Assembly: GCA_051294375.1 (NCBI GenBank)
Contig: CM119267.1
Span: 4,049,260-4,113,259, forward strand
From: Paraspadella gotoi
Lineage: Eukaryota > Animalia > Chaetognatha
Length of the DNA: 64,000 nt
Direction of reading: 5' to 3'
Positions 15,301-38,900 of this stretch are shown in pieces. Within the stretch, counting starts at the first letter, position 1; each line of letters opens with the position of its first letter. The notes under the pieces are model-generated. The model was not told where the DNA came from. It did not search any database and saw nothing but the letters and a program-made list of their open reading frames with translations. Both the position numbers and the translations under genes were made by a program.

Positions 15301-16622
15301 ATGCCCAAGAGAACGTCCACGGATCGGGGCGAGGGATCGGAGCTCGAACCGTCGGAGGCGAAAAAGGTCAAATCGGGCAAAGAAGAGGCGGACGCCGGAG
15401 ATTTCGGCTGCGATTTAAAGGCCAAAAACGGGAAACCGTTCAACGTCAAAATTTCATCGTGGAACGTCGCCGGTAAGGTCTTAAGATTCCTCGCCGCTAA
15501 GATTCCGCTCATCGGCGCTTTGTCATCTTCGTCCCCACCGCAAATTCAGGTCTACGCGCTTGGCACAAAAAGAATGGGCTCGAGTACATCACCAAGGAAG
15601 ACCCTGACATCTTCGCCATGATGGAAATCAAATGCAGCGAAGACAAACTGCCGAAGGAGATCAAAGACTTTCCGGGTTATCACAAATTCTGGCTCGCGGG
15701 AGGCGGGGAAACCGCCAAGGAGGGTTACGCCGGCATCGGGTAAAGAATTGACTATTATTGACTATTATTGACTATTATTATTATTGACTATTATTGACTA
15801 TTATTATTGACTATTATTATTGACTTACTATTATTATTGACTATTATTGACTATTATTTTTTTTGTTTCTAGATTTCTTGAGATTTTCAGTTATTTTGAA
15901 TTCTGTCCTCAGGTATTTCTCAAAAGAAAAGCCTTTGAAAGTTAAATACGGGATGGGTATCGATAAGTATGATCAAGACGGAAGGCTTCTCCACGCGGAA
16001 TACGAAAAGTATCAGGTAAGGAAAAAAATTTTGAAAATATGAAAAAAATTAAAACCGTCGTGGAATTCGGCGTACGACGTAAATTTTAGGTTGTGGCAGT
16101 CTACGTGCCGAACGCGGGTAGAGGCCTGAAGAATCTCGAATTTCGAATGGAATGGGACAAGGATTTCACCAATTTTCTAAATGTTAGTTTACATACGATA
16201 AAGTTTAATCAACAAAAAAAACGTAAGAAACGTAGCAAGCCATTAATCCAAAATAGGAACTTGTCAAAAAGAAGCCGGTGATCGTTTGCGGCGACCTCAA
16301 CGTCGCCCACAACGAAATCGACCTCAAAAATCCCAAGGGCAACAAGAAGAACGCCGGCTTCTCTCCTCGGGAAAGAGAATCTTTTTCCAAACTTTTGGAC
16401 GAGACGAAAATGGTCGACGCTTTCCGCGATTTGTATCCTGACAAAAGCGGCGCTTACACCTTCTGGACGTACATGATGAACGCCCGGGCCAAGGACGTCG
16501 GTTGGAGGCTGGATTACTTCTTACTCTCGGAATCATTGAAGGAGAGTCTTTGCGAGTGCGCCATCAGAAAATTCGTCATGGGCAGCGATCATTGCCCAAT
16601 TACTCTATTTTTGGCCGTGTGA
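15301..16622 (+). CDS. APEX1: AP endonuclease 1 (ExoIII family); multi-exon
   Basis: MPKR start, [40 protein letters not shown]. Confidence 0.93.
15748..15858. repeat. Intronic tandem repeat of ttgactatta(tta) units
   Basis: About 9 consecutive gactattatt(att) units in an APEX1 intron. Confidence 0.85.
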
Positions 16623-16872
16623 TTCGCCATGAACGCGATTGTCTCTTATAATTTTCCTACGTTGTGTTAAGTTAACAAATTGTTTTAACTTTTCAAACTC
16701 TCATTTTCTCAACTTTTGACTAATAATAATACTCATTTGTTACTACTTTTATTTTTTTGCTATTTCCATCATTCAATTTACAATTTTGTTTTTCATTTTT
16801 TTCAAAGTAAAGCTCTTGAAAAGAAGCTTCCATTCCTCTTTTCGTTGTATTAATCTAACAACCGACTCCGCC

Positions 16873-19344
<2,472 letters not shown>

Positions 19345-19523
19345 ATGTGACACAATTGCCGTTGAAAGGTTGTGAAATTCAGAACTGATATTGGTGACCA
19401 ATTGACTATTATACAACGATTCCAAGTTTTATTTTTAAAACAATATTCCATTTTTAAATTTTTTTTTACGGTCATATTTTCTTTCCTTCGGTTTAAATCG
19501 AGTCAGTAATTAAAAGAAGGACG

Positions 19524-20959
19524 ATGCCGTTGCGTTGGGGTTTTTGTGGCGCTGGGCGAATCTCCCACGATTTCGCCGCCGCCATCGCTTCCCTCAAAAC
19601 CGACGCTCATTCCTTCGCCGCCGTCGCCGCCCGCGACATGAGCAGGGCCGAAGCCTTTGCCCGTGAATTTGGTTTCGCCGCCGCCTACGACGACTACGAC
19701 TCCATCGCCAACTCTAACGACGTCGACGTCGTTTACATCGGAATCATCAACACCCTCCATTTCGATGTCGCCTCGAAAATGATTCGAGCCGGGAAGCACG
19801 TCCTTTGCGAGAAACCCATGACCCTGCATTTGGACCAAACCAAGGAACTCTTTCGCTTAGCAGAGGAAAAGGGAGTTTTTCTCATGGAGGCGATTTGGAG
19901 TCGATGCTTTCCCCTTTACGATCGAATTAGGGAGGAAATTAGAAAAGGCTCGATCGGGGAAGTGAGTGAACTTAGCTTTGAATGAGAGTCATGATTTTGG
20001 CTGGAGATTTAGTAAATAAACTTGATTTGCAAATAATAAAGATAAGAAAACAAAATAATTTTATTATGCACCTTTGAGGGAGACAAATCTCTGAAGATCA
20101 GTGCTCATTTTAAAAATAAAAATCATGTCATCTCCAGAAATAATTTGTTTTTTATATTATTGGCATGTAAAGACCAAATCAAATTTATTAACTACTAAAT
20201 TCTTGTTTTTGTATTGTTTAATGTTAAATTGCTTATACATATATTTTTGATGATTTGTCAGGTGTTGGCGGTGACCTGCTGCTTTGGCCAACCGATCAAC
20301 ACTCGTACCCGCGTGGCGAACAAAGAAATCGGCGGCGGTGGGCTCATGGATATCGGCATCTACGTGGTTCAGCTGGCGACGATGGCCTTCGGCGGTCGCC
20401 GCCCGGAATCCATGTCCGCCGCCGCGACGAAACTCTCCACCGGGGTCGACGACAGCGGGAGTATCTTCCTGCGATTCGGCGAGGGAAAGTTCGCTGAAAT
20501 CGGTTATTCTTGTAAAGTGAGTTTGTTGGAACTTGGGAGGGAAAGAACGAAATTGCTCGTGGAGACCTATTTCTTATTTTGTCTTCTCCCTCAGGTCCTC
20601 ATGAAGTGCGATGCCGTTATTTACGGGTCTTCGGGCCGCATAGAGATTCCCGAATTCTTTTGGGCCCCGAATCGACTCATCGTTAATGGGCAGGAGCTAG
20701 ACTTTCCTCTCCCGTCGTCCGAATTTTCCTTCAATTTTCCTCATTCGGAAGGTTAATTAAAAGTAATTTAAAAGTCTAATAGTTACATTATATTGTAAGA
20801 AATACCATTCGTTAAGGTCTGGCCTTCGAAGCGGAACACGTTCGCGCCTGCTTGGAGGCAAAAAAGCTACAAAGCGATAAGTTGTCGGCCGAAGATTCAG
20901 TCATTATCCACGAGATAATTGCGGAATCCCTCGATCAAATGGACATTCATTACGATTAA
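19524..20959 (+). CDS. DHDH: Gfo/Idh/MocA oxidoreductase, dihydrodiol dehydrogenase-like; 4 exons
   Basis: LRWGFCGAGRISHDF, GKHVLCEKP, FLMEAIWSRCFP, GGGGLMDIGIY, GLAFEAEHVRACL. Confidence 0.88.
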
Positions 20960-21349
20960 CAATTATGGCTGTTATTCTTTTGGTACTGTTTAAATAGTTA
21001 CAGAACACGTTTTTTAAAACAAAGTTTATTTAATTAAGTCGGCGATGTTGATTTTTAAGAGCCGCTGATTTGCAAAAAGGTTTCTATGTCGAATCTAAAT
21101 TCTAATCATTTTCATTAATTGTGATATTTTTTATTAAATGTTTAATGTTTGTTACAATTTTTAGTGAAAGTAAGTGCAAGAATTTGTGGTTTTGCTCTCT
21201 GCTATGTGACCAAAAATGCATTAGGTAAATACTGGTGGGGGTGCTCGAGATATTTCTCGCAATCTAAAAAAATTTTCGGGCCTTTTTTGCTGAACGGCCC
21301 TTTGAATTGCGAGGGCATTAAAAGTTTGGCACTCGGCAAAAAAGTAATC

Positions 21350-22926
21350 ATGTCTCGCCGATCCAGCAACTCCTCTTCTTCGACATCCGGTTTGTTAGTT
21401 TAGTAATTAATTTATAGTAAGATAGTACCCGTTTAATTTAATCTTTTTATTTAATATCCAGGAATTGAGTTGAAAGCCGTCATTTCCAAGGTGGAGGTCA
21501 TTGCTCCTATTTGCCTCGCTGAAGACTGGGATAACGTCGGCCTCCTAATCGAACCCTCTACGCCGCATTTCGTCAAAACTGTTTTTCTCTGCAACGACCT
21601 TACCGAACCCGTACTCGGTGAGGGCGAACGAAGCGTAGCGTTCTCCGCTGGTTTATCTCCATTTTTTTTTTACCCCCACTTTTTCAGACGAGGCTCTCGA
21701 GAAGCAGGCGGATCTGATCATTGCGTATCATCCGCCCCTATTTCGTCCACTCAAGCGAATAACGCAAAGAACATGGAAAGAACGTAACATCGTTCGTTGC
21801 CTCGAAAACCGCGTCGCGCTTTACTCTCCTCACACCGCCTCCGACGCCATGTACGACGGTAAGGATTAAGGTCTTGGGGGGGGGGGAGTTTCAATTAGCA
21901 TCGTAGTGACCAAAAAAACGTTTTCGGATTAGGCGTCAACGACTGGTTGGTGAGCATATTGGGCCCTGGACAAGTGACTCCCATCGTTCCTAAGAATCCG
22001 CCACCGCCTCCAGCCTCGCCTTCGACCGCGAACGGTCCCAAAGAGGGGACGCCGGATCGCGAAAGCGCGCCTTCGAAACACGTGCATTATCAAAACTTTT
22101 TTCAATTTTAAGCATTACCATATTTCTTCGTGGTTTAGTTCCTCCACCGAATTTCTCTCAGATTCATCGAGAATCCTCCAAAGGGCGAAACACTTCGTCG
22201 GCCGACCAAATCCAGGCCGCCAAGGAGGCCTTAGTGGGCTTGGGTCGTCACGTGGTCTTAGAGACGCCGCTTTCGATCGAAGTGGCGGTGGCGCTGATCA
22301 AGCGACACCTCGAGATCGAACACGTCAGGATTTGCTACTCGAACGAATTCAAGCGGAAAGAAAGAGGCGAGGAAAACGTTCCGTTGACCTTGTCCAAACT
22401 ATAATTTTTTTTACCGTTTTATAATTAATAAGTCTTATTATTTTATATTTATAGGTGTTATACATTTAATAAAATCCGTCGCCGTCTGCGCCGGAAGCGG
22501 AGCGTCCATATTAAACGGCGTCGACGCCGGTCTCCTTCTCACCGGTAATTATTTGTTTTCCGGGAATTATTTTCAAATTTGTTTTGATAAATATAAATAA
22601 TATATATATATTATTTTAAATATATAATATACTCCCCTTTTTTCCAAGGTGAAATGACGCATCACGAAGTCCTGGAGTTCAACGCTCGCGGACAAACTGT
22701 TATTTTGGCGGATCACAGCAACACTGAACGTGGCTATTTGAAGCACGTGTTCGCCAAACGACTTCACCAGGATCTCAATGCGCCGCCGAAAACGCCGCCC
22801 AAGCGTCACGGCTGCGTCACCATTGGCAACAGCGACAAGGCTGACAAAGAGAAGGAAAAGCAAGCCTTGTCTGAAGTCAAGGTTATAATGTCGGAAGTCG
22901 ACGCCGATCCTCTAACCATCATCTGA
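21350..22926 (+). CDS. NIF3L1: NIF3-like protein 1; multi-exon
   Basis: LAEDWDNVGLLIEP, IIAYHPPLF, YSPHTA, GVNDWL, VAVCAGSG, TGEMTHHEVL, HSNTERGYL, DADPL. Confidence 0.92.
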
Positions 22927-23638
22927 CCTTTGAGTCATTATTATTATTATTATTATTATTATTTTATAATTTTAGAATAAAGGCTTTTAGTGTTGAGGTG
23001 TTTCGGGCCAATTTCACTAACAATTCAGCGTATGAACCTTTGGCGGTCTTACTCTGTTTGCCCTGTGTTGTCCTTTGTTTCCATATTTTCATTTTTAATT
23101 TATTTACGTATATTAAATAACGTGATCCACCAACACAAGATTTCGGTAAATTTCTACAAACTTAATTTTCTATTAAGCTTACTTAATATCTATAGATTCT
23201 TAATTTTCCAGTTTTTAAACGTTCCCACTCAGCCACAATCATCATATTCAAGTTATGTATTCACATATTATTTATGAATTGTTCAGATTTCACTTTTCAA
23301 AGAAATTAATTAGGAGATTTGCGTATTTCTTAAATTTTTTTTCTCGGTCGTTGAATGCCGAGTTTACTCCTCGCTCTGTTGGGTGTTCAAAAAATTTTCC
23401 GATTTACAAATAATACTCATTGTTACACGTACCTGTATCCCCTGTAGTTGTGGTAATGTCCGTATTTTTGTGACGATCGTTCTGCGATTTTTTAAGAAAT
23501 ATATATTTTTTGCTTCATCCCGTTCCAAATTATACACTCGTTGAAACACGACAGGCACTCTGATGATTCTCGACTCCGCCGCCGCCGCCGTTTCGAGTAA
23601 AACATTTATATGATTCGACTTGGGCTTTCTACTCGTCG

Positions 23639-31330
<7,692 letters not shown>

Positions 31331-31652
31331 CCAACTCTTCCTTTACTATTGCTAAACTGTGATACACAAACAACATTTTAATTAAATTCCTGTTAAAAAA
31401 GGAGGATCCGTGATATAACAAAAAACTAATTTTTCCCCCTTTCCCCCAATTTATTTCCGATTAAGTCCTAATGTTGATGAAATTTGAGGGCAGTATGGTT
31501 TAATAATTTACTGTTCCTGTTTAACGTTTTAATTCATCGAACCTTTGTATCGTGCTAAGTAGTATTATAGTCATTGTTGACGACGTTTTTGACGTCATAA
31601 TATTTCCATGTTTTTTTTTTATCTAAATTTTTTCTCAAGATTTTCGGTCGCC

Positions 31653-33207
31653 ATGGCGGCGACGCGACGCACCGCGTCTCTTTTGACGCCGTTGGTTGCC
31701 TCTTTTGGCGTCGGGACCAAAATGCTTCCATCCATAACGCGTCCTTATTTTTCTCTGGGCGCGTTTTTCGTTCCAAACTTTCACTCCCGCGCTTTCTCGA
31801 CCTCGCCTTCCTCGCCCTCGGCTTCGGTGAGCGTTCGAAATCAACTTCCGATGCTGCTGCTGCCGCTTCCGTCCCGCCGCGACGAGGCCGGATGCGAGTT
31901 CGTTATTAGGCCGACGTCTTCCACGGTCGGGACTCTCCTCTCCGACATTCGCCAAGAAGACGCCGCCGTGGAACGAATTCACGTGACCACCGTCGACGGG
32001 GAGAGGGTGGCCGCCGCCACTGAGATGCGTCACCTCTTGACGTCGGGTTTTGATCTTCACGTCAACGACGTCGTTCATTCCATCTCGCCACTTCCCAGCC
32101 ATCAACTGCCGGTGAGAAGGGGACGTGATGTTTAGATGAGTTAGAAAAAGCAAAGAGAAAAATGCATACTAGTACAATAGTACATCTTCACCTAAATATT
32201 TGCTTTTTTAGCCGGACGCTAAATTAGATGGCGGTAGGTCGGTCAATCTTTTTAGTTAATTCGAATGTGGTGTCGCAACTTTTAACATATTAACGCCGAA
32301 ATTTGGGTTATTGATATTTTTTCTATTCACTTAACAATCATCACACGGCTTTTGTTGAGAAAATTCTGACTAATTTGCCGCAAAGGACTTACCTTTTGTT
32401 TGAATTATTGTTTGCTTATTTTATTCTTTAAAAAAAAAAATAAAAGCTAATATCCTTCGTGCATTCCCAGGATGACCTCGACTCTGTCGATTTAACGTCC
32501 GCCGATGAGGTCAAAGACCTCGTCATGCATCTGCACACCGTCCTCAACATGCGTCCGCACTTGTCGCATCATTCGACGGAACTCCGCCGCCGCATCGAGG
32601 ATAACCGGCTGGAGCTGCAGGAGTTAGAAAGCCAACTCGACCTTCTACGCAAAGCGGCCGAAAAAAAGTTGGACCGATTCAGCCATTTCAATCTTTTTCT
32701 CATGTGCTTTCAGTTCGGGATGTTCGCCAGGCTTACTTGGTACGAAGCCAATAGGCCTTGTTAATCTTATCCAGATCCCTACTATGTTGGATTCGGTTTC
32801 ATGTAAGAATATTTCTTTTAAAGGTGGGAATATTCGTGGGACATAATGGAACCGGTCACCTACTTCACGACCATATTTCACTCGATGGTCCTCGTCTACG
32901 GCTTCAGCGTTCTCACCCGAAAGGACTTTCTCTACCCAGTCGCAGCAGATCACTTCTACCTCAAGTGGCTTCACCAATTATGCGGCAAATCTCAGTTCGA
33001 TATGGAAAGGTCATTTTTTTTTTTTTTTTTTAGTTTAATTTTTATATCTTTAGCTTCTGTTAAAAAAAAATTACCAATATTAATTTTAATATTTCCTCAC
33101 ATCGCAGGTACAACGCTTTGAAGAAACAAATTCACGATGATGAAGCAACCTTGAAAAGAATCCGTTCTCCTTTAGAAGCCAACCTCTGGATTGCGCCCCC
33201 GCTCTGA
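31653..33207 (+). CDS. MCU: Mitochondrial calcium uniporter; multi-exon
   Basis: LPLPSRR and DGERVAA N-terminal domain motifs; spliced ARLTWWEYSWDIMEPVTYF (DIME filter); FDMERYNALK. Confidence 0.93.
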
Positions 33208-34556
33208 AAAAGCGATGGCCGTATTCATAATTCTTGCTGACGAGAAGTCTTGGTTGTAATCAGGGCTCTTATTATATCTCCTTATATGAAGGTTAGAAAA
33301 ATTATTTATAAATGTTGTAAATTATAATAAAACATATACTACAGTTAAAAATTTTCTTCTAGTTTCCGTATATATTTTTTAAGATACTTCGCCTATAACA
33401 ACTAATAGCTTTTTGTCTAAGTTCTTAAATTTTAAAAATTAAATTATTAACACGAATCTTAATAAAAATTCCTGATTATAATCTCGTCTTTCATTAACCG
33501 CCGAAATATTTAATGTTTTAATTCAGTTCAGAATTTCTTGTTTTATGTTTCATTCGGCTTTCCCTGAAATGTATGTTGGACCCAATTTTTTAAAGGAGAG
33601 CAAAGGGAGTAAATAATTAAGTCAAGTTTTAAATTTTTTTTCGTTTCTAATGCGATGTTAAGTTGCCATTAGTGGCATTGTTTGGTTGCCGTTTTTGCTT
33701 ATAAAATAACTCTTTGTTAAACTTAAACTTGAAGGTTTCTTGTGGGAAATAAAAAAAACAACAGATTTTCATTCATTAGACCTGCAGCCCCGAGACTATA
33801 CGCTGTAAACCTTTAAATATTAGTTGTCAGAAATAAATTGAAAGGTGGTTTAAAATTGTGCGTTCAAAGCTTGTAAACCTTAGTCCGATTTATTTATCCG
33901 ATAAATGGCGCTATTTTATGAAAAGTACAATTCAATAGATACTTTGGGGCCTCGCTTTTACTTTTCGAAATTTTATGTTGTTTTTGGGATGAATCGACGT
34001 CATACTGTATATTCAAGATGCATCATATGTTTGATCGTTATGTCGTCGTGGACGCATGTCGCGTTTTTTATATCCCGTCTTTTCCGAATGCAACGTCACG
34101 TCTAGAAAATTTCTGTCGCTTAACAAAATCGCGTTCGCTAGTCTTTACTGGGCTACTCCACGATTTAACAAAATGAATGATAAAACTTAATCTTTATTCA
34201 TATAAAAATAAGATTATAAGACCGTTAACCCACTTCTACTAAGCTCTGTTTACTAAAATATTATCTTATGTCTAATCATAGAAATTCAGTTACATTTTTA
34301 CTTATCAGTTAATTTTTTTAAATCGTGCTGTAACCAGATGTTTTTGTTGTTCCGAATAGAGGGCATGAAATACGCTGGTTCTTTCATCATATTTATTTCT
34401 TAATAACATCACTTCCATTACGCCTGCTCCGATTTTTTGGAGTACATGATACGATTGTTTCGTATTACTTTAAGGATATAAATATATATATATATATTCT
34501 GTATCTTTGTCTTTTACACGTTTTCAGAAATTAGTATTAGCAATATTGAAACGTAA

Positions 34557-35003
34557 ATGATGACTTCCGCTCTAACTTCTCTGGCGCTGAAGCGATGCGT
34601 CTTGTCTCCCGCTTCTCTCTCAGCTCTTCGTTTCCTTCCCCGCGTCTCCGCCTTCACCACCTCCCCATCGCCCTTCGCCGTCATCAACATCCAGGACGAG
34701 GAGGACTTCAAGAAGCGCGTCGTCGACTCCTCGGTCCCCGTCGTCGTCGACTTCCACGCCGAGTGGTGCGACCCTTGCAAGATCCTCGGCCCCAGATTGG
34801 AGGCCGCAGTGGATTCTTGCGGCAAAGAAATCGTTATGGCCAAAGTCAATATCGATGCGCATCAGGAACTCGCGATGGCCTTCAAAGTCCGCGCCGTCCC
34901 GACCGTTGTCGCCGTCAAGGCCGGGAAGGTGGTCGACGGCTTCACGGGCGTCAAGGATGAGGATCAGCTCAAGACTTTTGTCGACAATCTAGCGCGGCCT
35001 TGA
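34557..35003 (+). CDS. TXN2: Mitochondrial thioredoxin
   Basis: Transit peptide, NIQDEEDFKKRV, PVVVDFHAEWCDPCKILGPRL, MAKVNID, AVPTV. Confidence 0.9.
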   Translation: MMTSALTSLALKRCVLSPASLSALRFLPRVSAFTTSPSPFAVINIQDEEDFKKRVVDSSVPVVVDFHAEWCDPCKILGPRLEAAVDSCGKEIVMAKVNIDAHQELAMAFKVRAVPTVVAVKAGKVVDGFTGVKDEDQLKTFVDNLARP

Positions 35004-35086
35004 ATTTGCCGAATGATGTCGTAAACGTGGTTTCTTGTTTGTAATTTTTGTAATTTTTCTTTTAGTTGTTAAGGTTTAGAAAGACG

Positions 35087-35824
35087 ATGAATGCTTCATT
35101 GGCGAGATGGATAATTCGCGGCGGCGCGAAATTCTCTTTCGCCGCCTCTTCGCCTTCGGTTCGCACCTTCGCATCGACGAATTCGCTTACCTCTCTCTCA
35201 TCCTTCATCCCTAATTGGATGAAACGCGGTTCCTCAGAGACAGAAGAGTTGAGCCCCGCGGAGCTGCTCGGACATCGTCCTCCACAGGCCGCCGCCGAGT
35301 CCAAGTTCGAGCCGAGAATCCCCCTGGAATATCGGCCGGCGCCGGACATGGAGGAGAGGTTGTCGCTGTTATGGCGACGAGCGGTCGGCGCCAGGACGGC
35401 GCTCGATCCCGCAGACTTTGAGACGACGCGAGTCGACGACGATGATGGAGTCAAGTTTCTCTTCCTCGACGCCTGCGTCACCGAATTCAGGAAGCGAATT
35501 CCCGGCGCCGATCTCGACGACATGATCACCCTCGCCGACGTCCGCGACTTTTTCGCTCGACCGCTCCTTCCCGCCGACAAAACGCTGGAACGTCTGAGGG
35601 ACGAAGACGCGCCGCCGAACCTCCACGTTATTCCCGACTACATGACGTTCGAGGAAGAGATGGCGCTTCACCACGAGCGGGACGTTTATCCCCATCGAGA
35701 CATCATCATTTCCTCGCTGCGGGAGAGGGGAAAGTACAAGAGCGTGAGGAAGCCTAAGTGTCCTTGGGAAGAGGCGGAGGGATTTTTCGTGCCTCCTAAG
35801 TATAAGAGGCATCAGGGATTTTAA
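35087..35824 (+). CDS. MRPL50: Mitochondrial ribosomal protein L50 (mL50)-like
   Basis: Transit-like N-terminus; KFLFLDAC...IPGADLDDMITLADVRDFF...PPNLHV pattern typical of mL50. Confidence 0.75.
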   Translation: MNASLARWIIRGGAKFSFAASSPSVRTFASTNSLTSLSSFIPNWMKRGSSETEELSPAELLGHRPPQAAAESKFEPRIPLEYRPAPDMEERLSLLWRRAVGARTALDPADFETTRVDDDDGVKFLFLDACVTEFRKRIPGADLDDMITLADVRDFFARPLLPADKTLERLRDEDAPPNLHVIPDYMTFEEEMALHHERDVYPHRDIIISSLRERGKYKSVRKPKCPWEEAEGFFVPPKYKRHQGF

Positions 35825-35977
35825 AAAGCAAGTGTTTGTGTTCCCCTCTTCCCTTCTATCTTTACCAATTTCGTTGTTTGTTTTTTTTACGTAATGGTTT
35901 CTTTCTTTGAACGTTTACAGAGGCGGCTGCCGCTATAAATCTTTTACATACCTCTTTACTTTTTAATTATATTGGTA

Positions 35978-38900
35978 ATGAACTCAACAAACTCGGCCTT
36001 TTCCAACGCCTCCTTCGTTCCGTCCCGCGAAGTCATGCCAAATCCCGCGACGAGCGACGCCCCTCTCGTCCGCCTCGGCGGCCATGTCGTCGGTGCCGGC
36101 GGACGCGCGATCACCCTCAACACTTCCGAAACGAATATCTCCCAAAAGGGCGACCCCATGCGCGACTTCGATCTCTCGGCCCTTCCCGCCGCCAACATGG
36201 AACCCGCTCCGGCGTCATCCGCAGCCCCTCAATTCGTCGGAGCGGGTCTTGCCCATTTCCAGCCGTCCGTTTCCGCGCAAGCGCCCGTTTCATCCGCCAC
36301 CCTCGCCTCCGCCGTTTCTCAGTTCGACGATGCATCTTTGCTTTACTACGACCGCGAGCCACACTTTCGTCTGGAGGATCAAAACACCTTCGGGCCTTCG
36401 TCCATTCAGTCCTCGTCGACGCTGGAAATGGAGACCCTGCAGTTTCAGTTGCCGCAGCACGGGCACGGAGAGACTTGGTTCTTTCCACAGCAATCGATGC
36501 CGCAGCCAAATTCGTGGAATCCGTCCGCCTATCAATCCTTGAACCCAGCGGCCGCCGGGCATTCGTCCGTCTCGGTTCTTTCGAACGCGTCGTCGACGAA
36601 TTTATTTCTCCAGGATCAGTCGTCCAACCACTCGGCGGGCACTTCCGGCACCCCGTCGCCTAAACCCACCTTCTCGTCCATACCTCCCAATTGTGACTAT
36701 GCAGGTATTTTTCGAAAAGGTTGGAAACACTACTCGTCTACTCGTCGAGAGCTGATTCCTGCTGTCTCAGGTCCTCATGGGTTTTCCGTCACTCTGCATT
36801 CCGTGCCGATGGGTCAGGAGAAAAAGACGCCCAACTGGACATTTTCTTCCGATTTGAATCGTCTTTACTGCAGGAAGAAAAGCTCAGTTCCGATAGGCTT
36901 TCGATGTGCAGTCCCTCCGCCAGATGGGTCTCGAATACAATGCATGGCGGTATTTAGGTCGGTTAGATGATGTGTATTAATTATTCGATTATGTAATATG
37001 TATACATATTAAATAAAAGGCATCAGAAGATTTTCTTTTATATATTTAACAGCGAAGCCAACCACGTTCAAGAACACGTGACGCGTTGTCCAAATCACGT
37101 GAAAGATGACGCTCTTCTCGCGCACGGAACTCATTTTGTTCGTGCGGAACACGCAGGAGCCGTCTACGGGACGGATCACATTTACGGACGCGAATGCGTC
37201 ACATTGCCCTACGAATCCCCTCAACCGGGGACGGACAAGATCGAGTTTATCTTTACTTTCATGTGCAATAGGTTAGACCTTCGAGGAGAGCGATTTTTTG
37301 ATGGTTACTCTCAATAATCGGGTCATTGGTTCTTTGGTTCTCAGCTCGTGCACCGGCGCAATAAACAGAAGGGAAACGAACTTGGTCTTCACGCTTTTGT
37401 CATTGGACGGGTCAACGCTTGGTAGAGCCGCTTTTGGATTGAGGTAGGTGTTAATGAATGTATTTTAAATAAATTAAAGACCTTTAATGAATCAAAGACC
37501 GTTAATAAATTGTTTGTTTACATGTACTTATTCTATCATGTTGCTCCTCTCACACCGCCATGTCTTTGTCAGATTCGTTTCACAAGAAAGACAAAAGAGA
37601 AAAGCAGAAGGAGCAGACTCCTCCTCCTCCTGCTCCTCTCCTCCTCTTCTCCTCTCAGCTCCATCTTCCAGGATGCATCGGAAAGAGAAATCACTTTTTG
37701 TTTCACGACCACGTGTTCACTGGTTTTTCGTGAAAGTTGTAATTTAATTTATTTTTGATATTTTTTTGAAATGTTTTCAGATTATCCTTTGAATATTTTT
37801 TGATATTCCTGTTGAAATACTTGGTTATTTCTTTTGAAATACTTGGATATCCCTGTTGAAATACTTGGGTATTTCTGTTGGAATGCTTGGGTATTCCTGT
37901 TGATATATTGGATATTCCTGTTGGAATTTTTGGATATTGGAACACTTGGATATTCCTTTTGGAATACTTGGATATTTCTGTTGAAATACTTGATTATTTC
38001 TGTTGAAATACTTGGAATGTTCCTGTTGGAATACTTGATATTCCTAGATACTTGATATAAGATATGATATTTCTGTTAGTATACCAATATTCCTGCTGGA
38101 ATATTTGATTTATATCTATTTTTTTTGCGAAATTTCTGATTATTTCGTTTTTTCGGTTTTGGCCCATTTATTTGTCTGAGACTCGCGGGTCAGAGTCGAG
38201 CCCGCTTTTCAGCGGCCGAAAGCCGGCGCACTTCGTCCTCTTCTCAAGGGCTGGCCCAGGAGCCGTTCATGGACATGACTGTCTCCTCCTCCTCCACCTC
38301 CCGGACCGCTCCCGCATCTCCGCTCAGTAAGCAGATCGGCCCGGTAGGGCGTCGCCGGGTTTCTCTTCATCGCGTCTGGTGCGATCAAAGAGATCGAATG
38401 CATCGTCTTATTCTTTGGCGTATGGTGGCTAGGGGCAGACAAGGTGCGTTCGGAAGTCCCGGCTAGTAGCCTAGAAACGAATCAGCTGCAACATCCTATC
38501 CGGCTTTCTATTATGCGAACATTGGTTGATGCGTCTGGAGATGGTCTCTCTTAAGCGGTATGTTATTTTTTATGATTCGCTTTGAATTTTCGCCTTTGGC
38601 GTACCTTACGAAATTTTTTCGTCCACCAATTCGACTTTATTTGTTTGTTTTTCTCTTCTTGCCGCTCTTGTTACAGGCATTGGCGTGGTGGAGAGGAGCA
38701 ACATGATAGAATTTATGGTTCCAAGTGGAACCGGGATTCTTCATGGCTCCCTCTCCACCAACACCTCCCGCCGTCCACCCCTGGCACCACCGGTGGTGGA
38801 GGGCGGCTTCGAAGAGTTGTTTTTGTCCTTTTGGTGTTCTTTTCTCTAATATTTCTCATTTATTTTACATGTACACATTCTTCGTAGCTCCTAGGATTTC

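Noticed and set aside
37802-38108. Palindromic ~22-bp repeats as a CRISPR array
   Set aside because: Units are contiguous with no unique spacers, no cas genes, and the context is eukaryotic.
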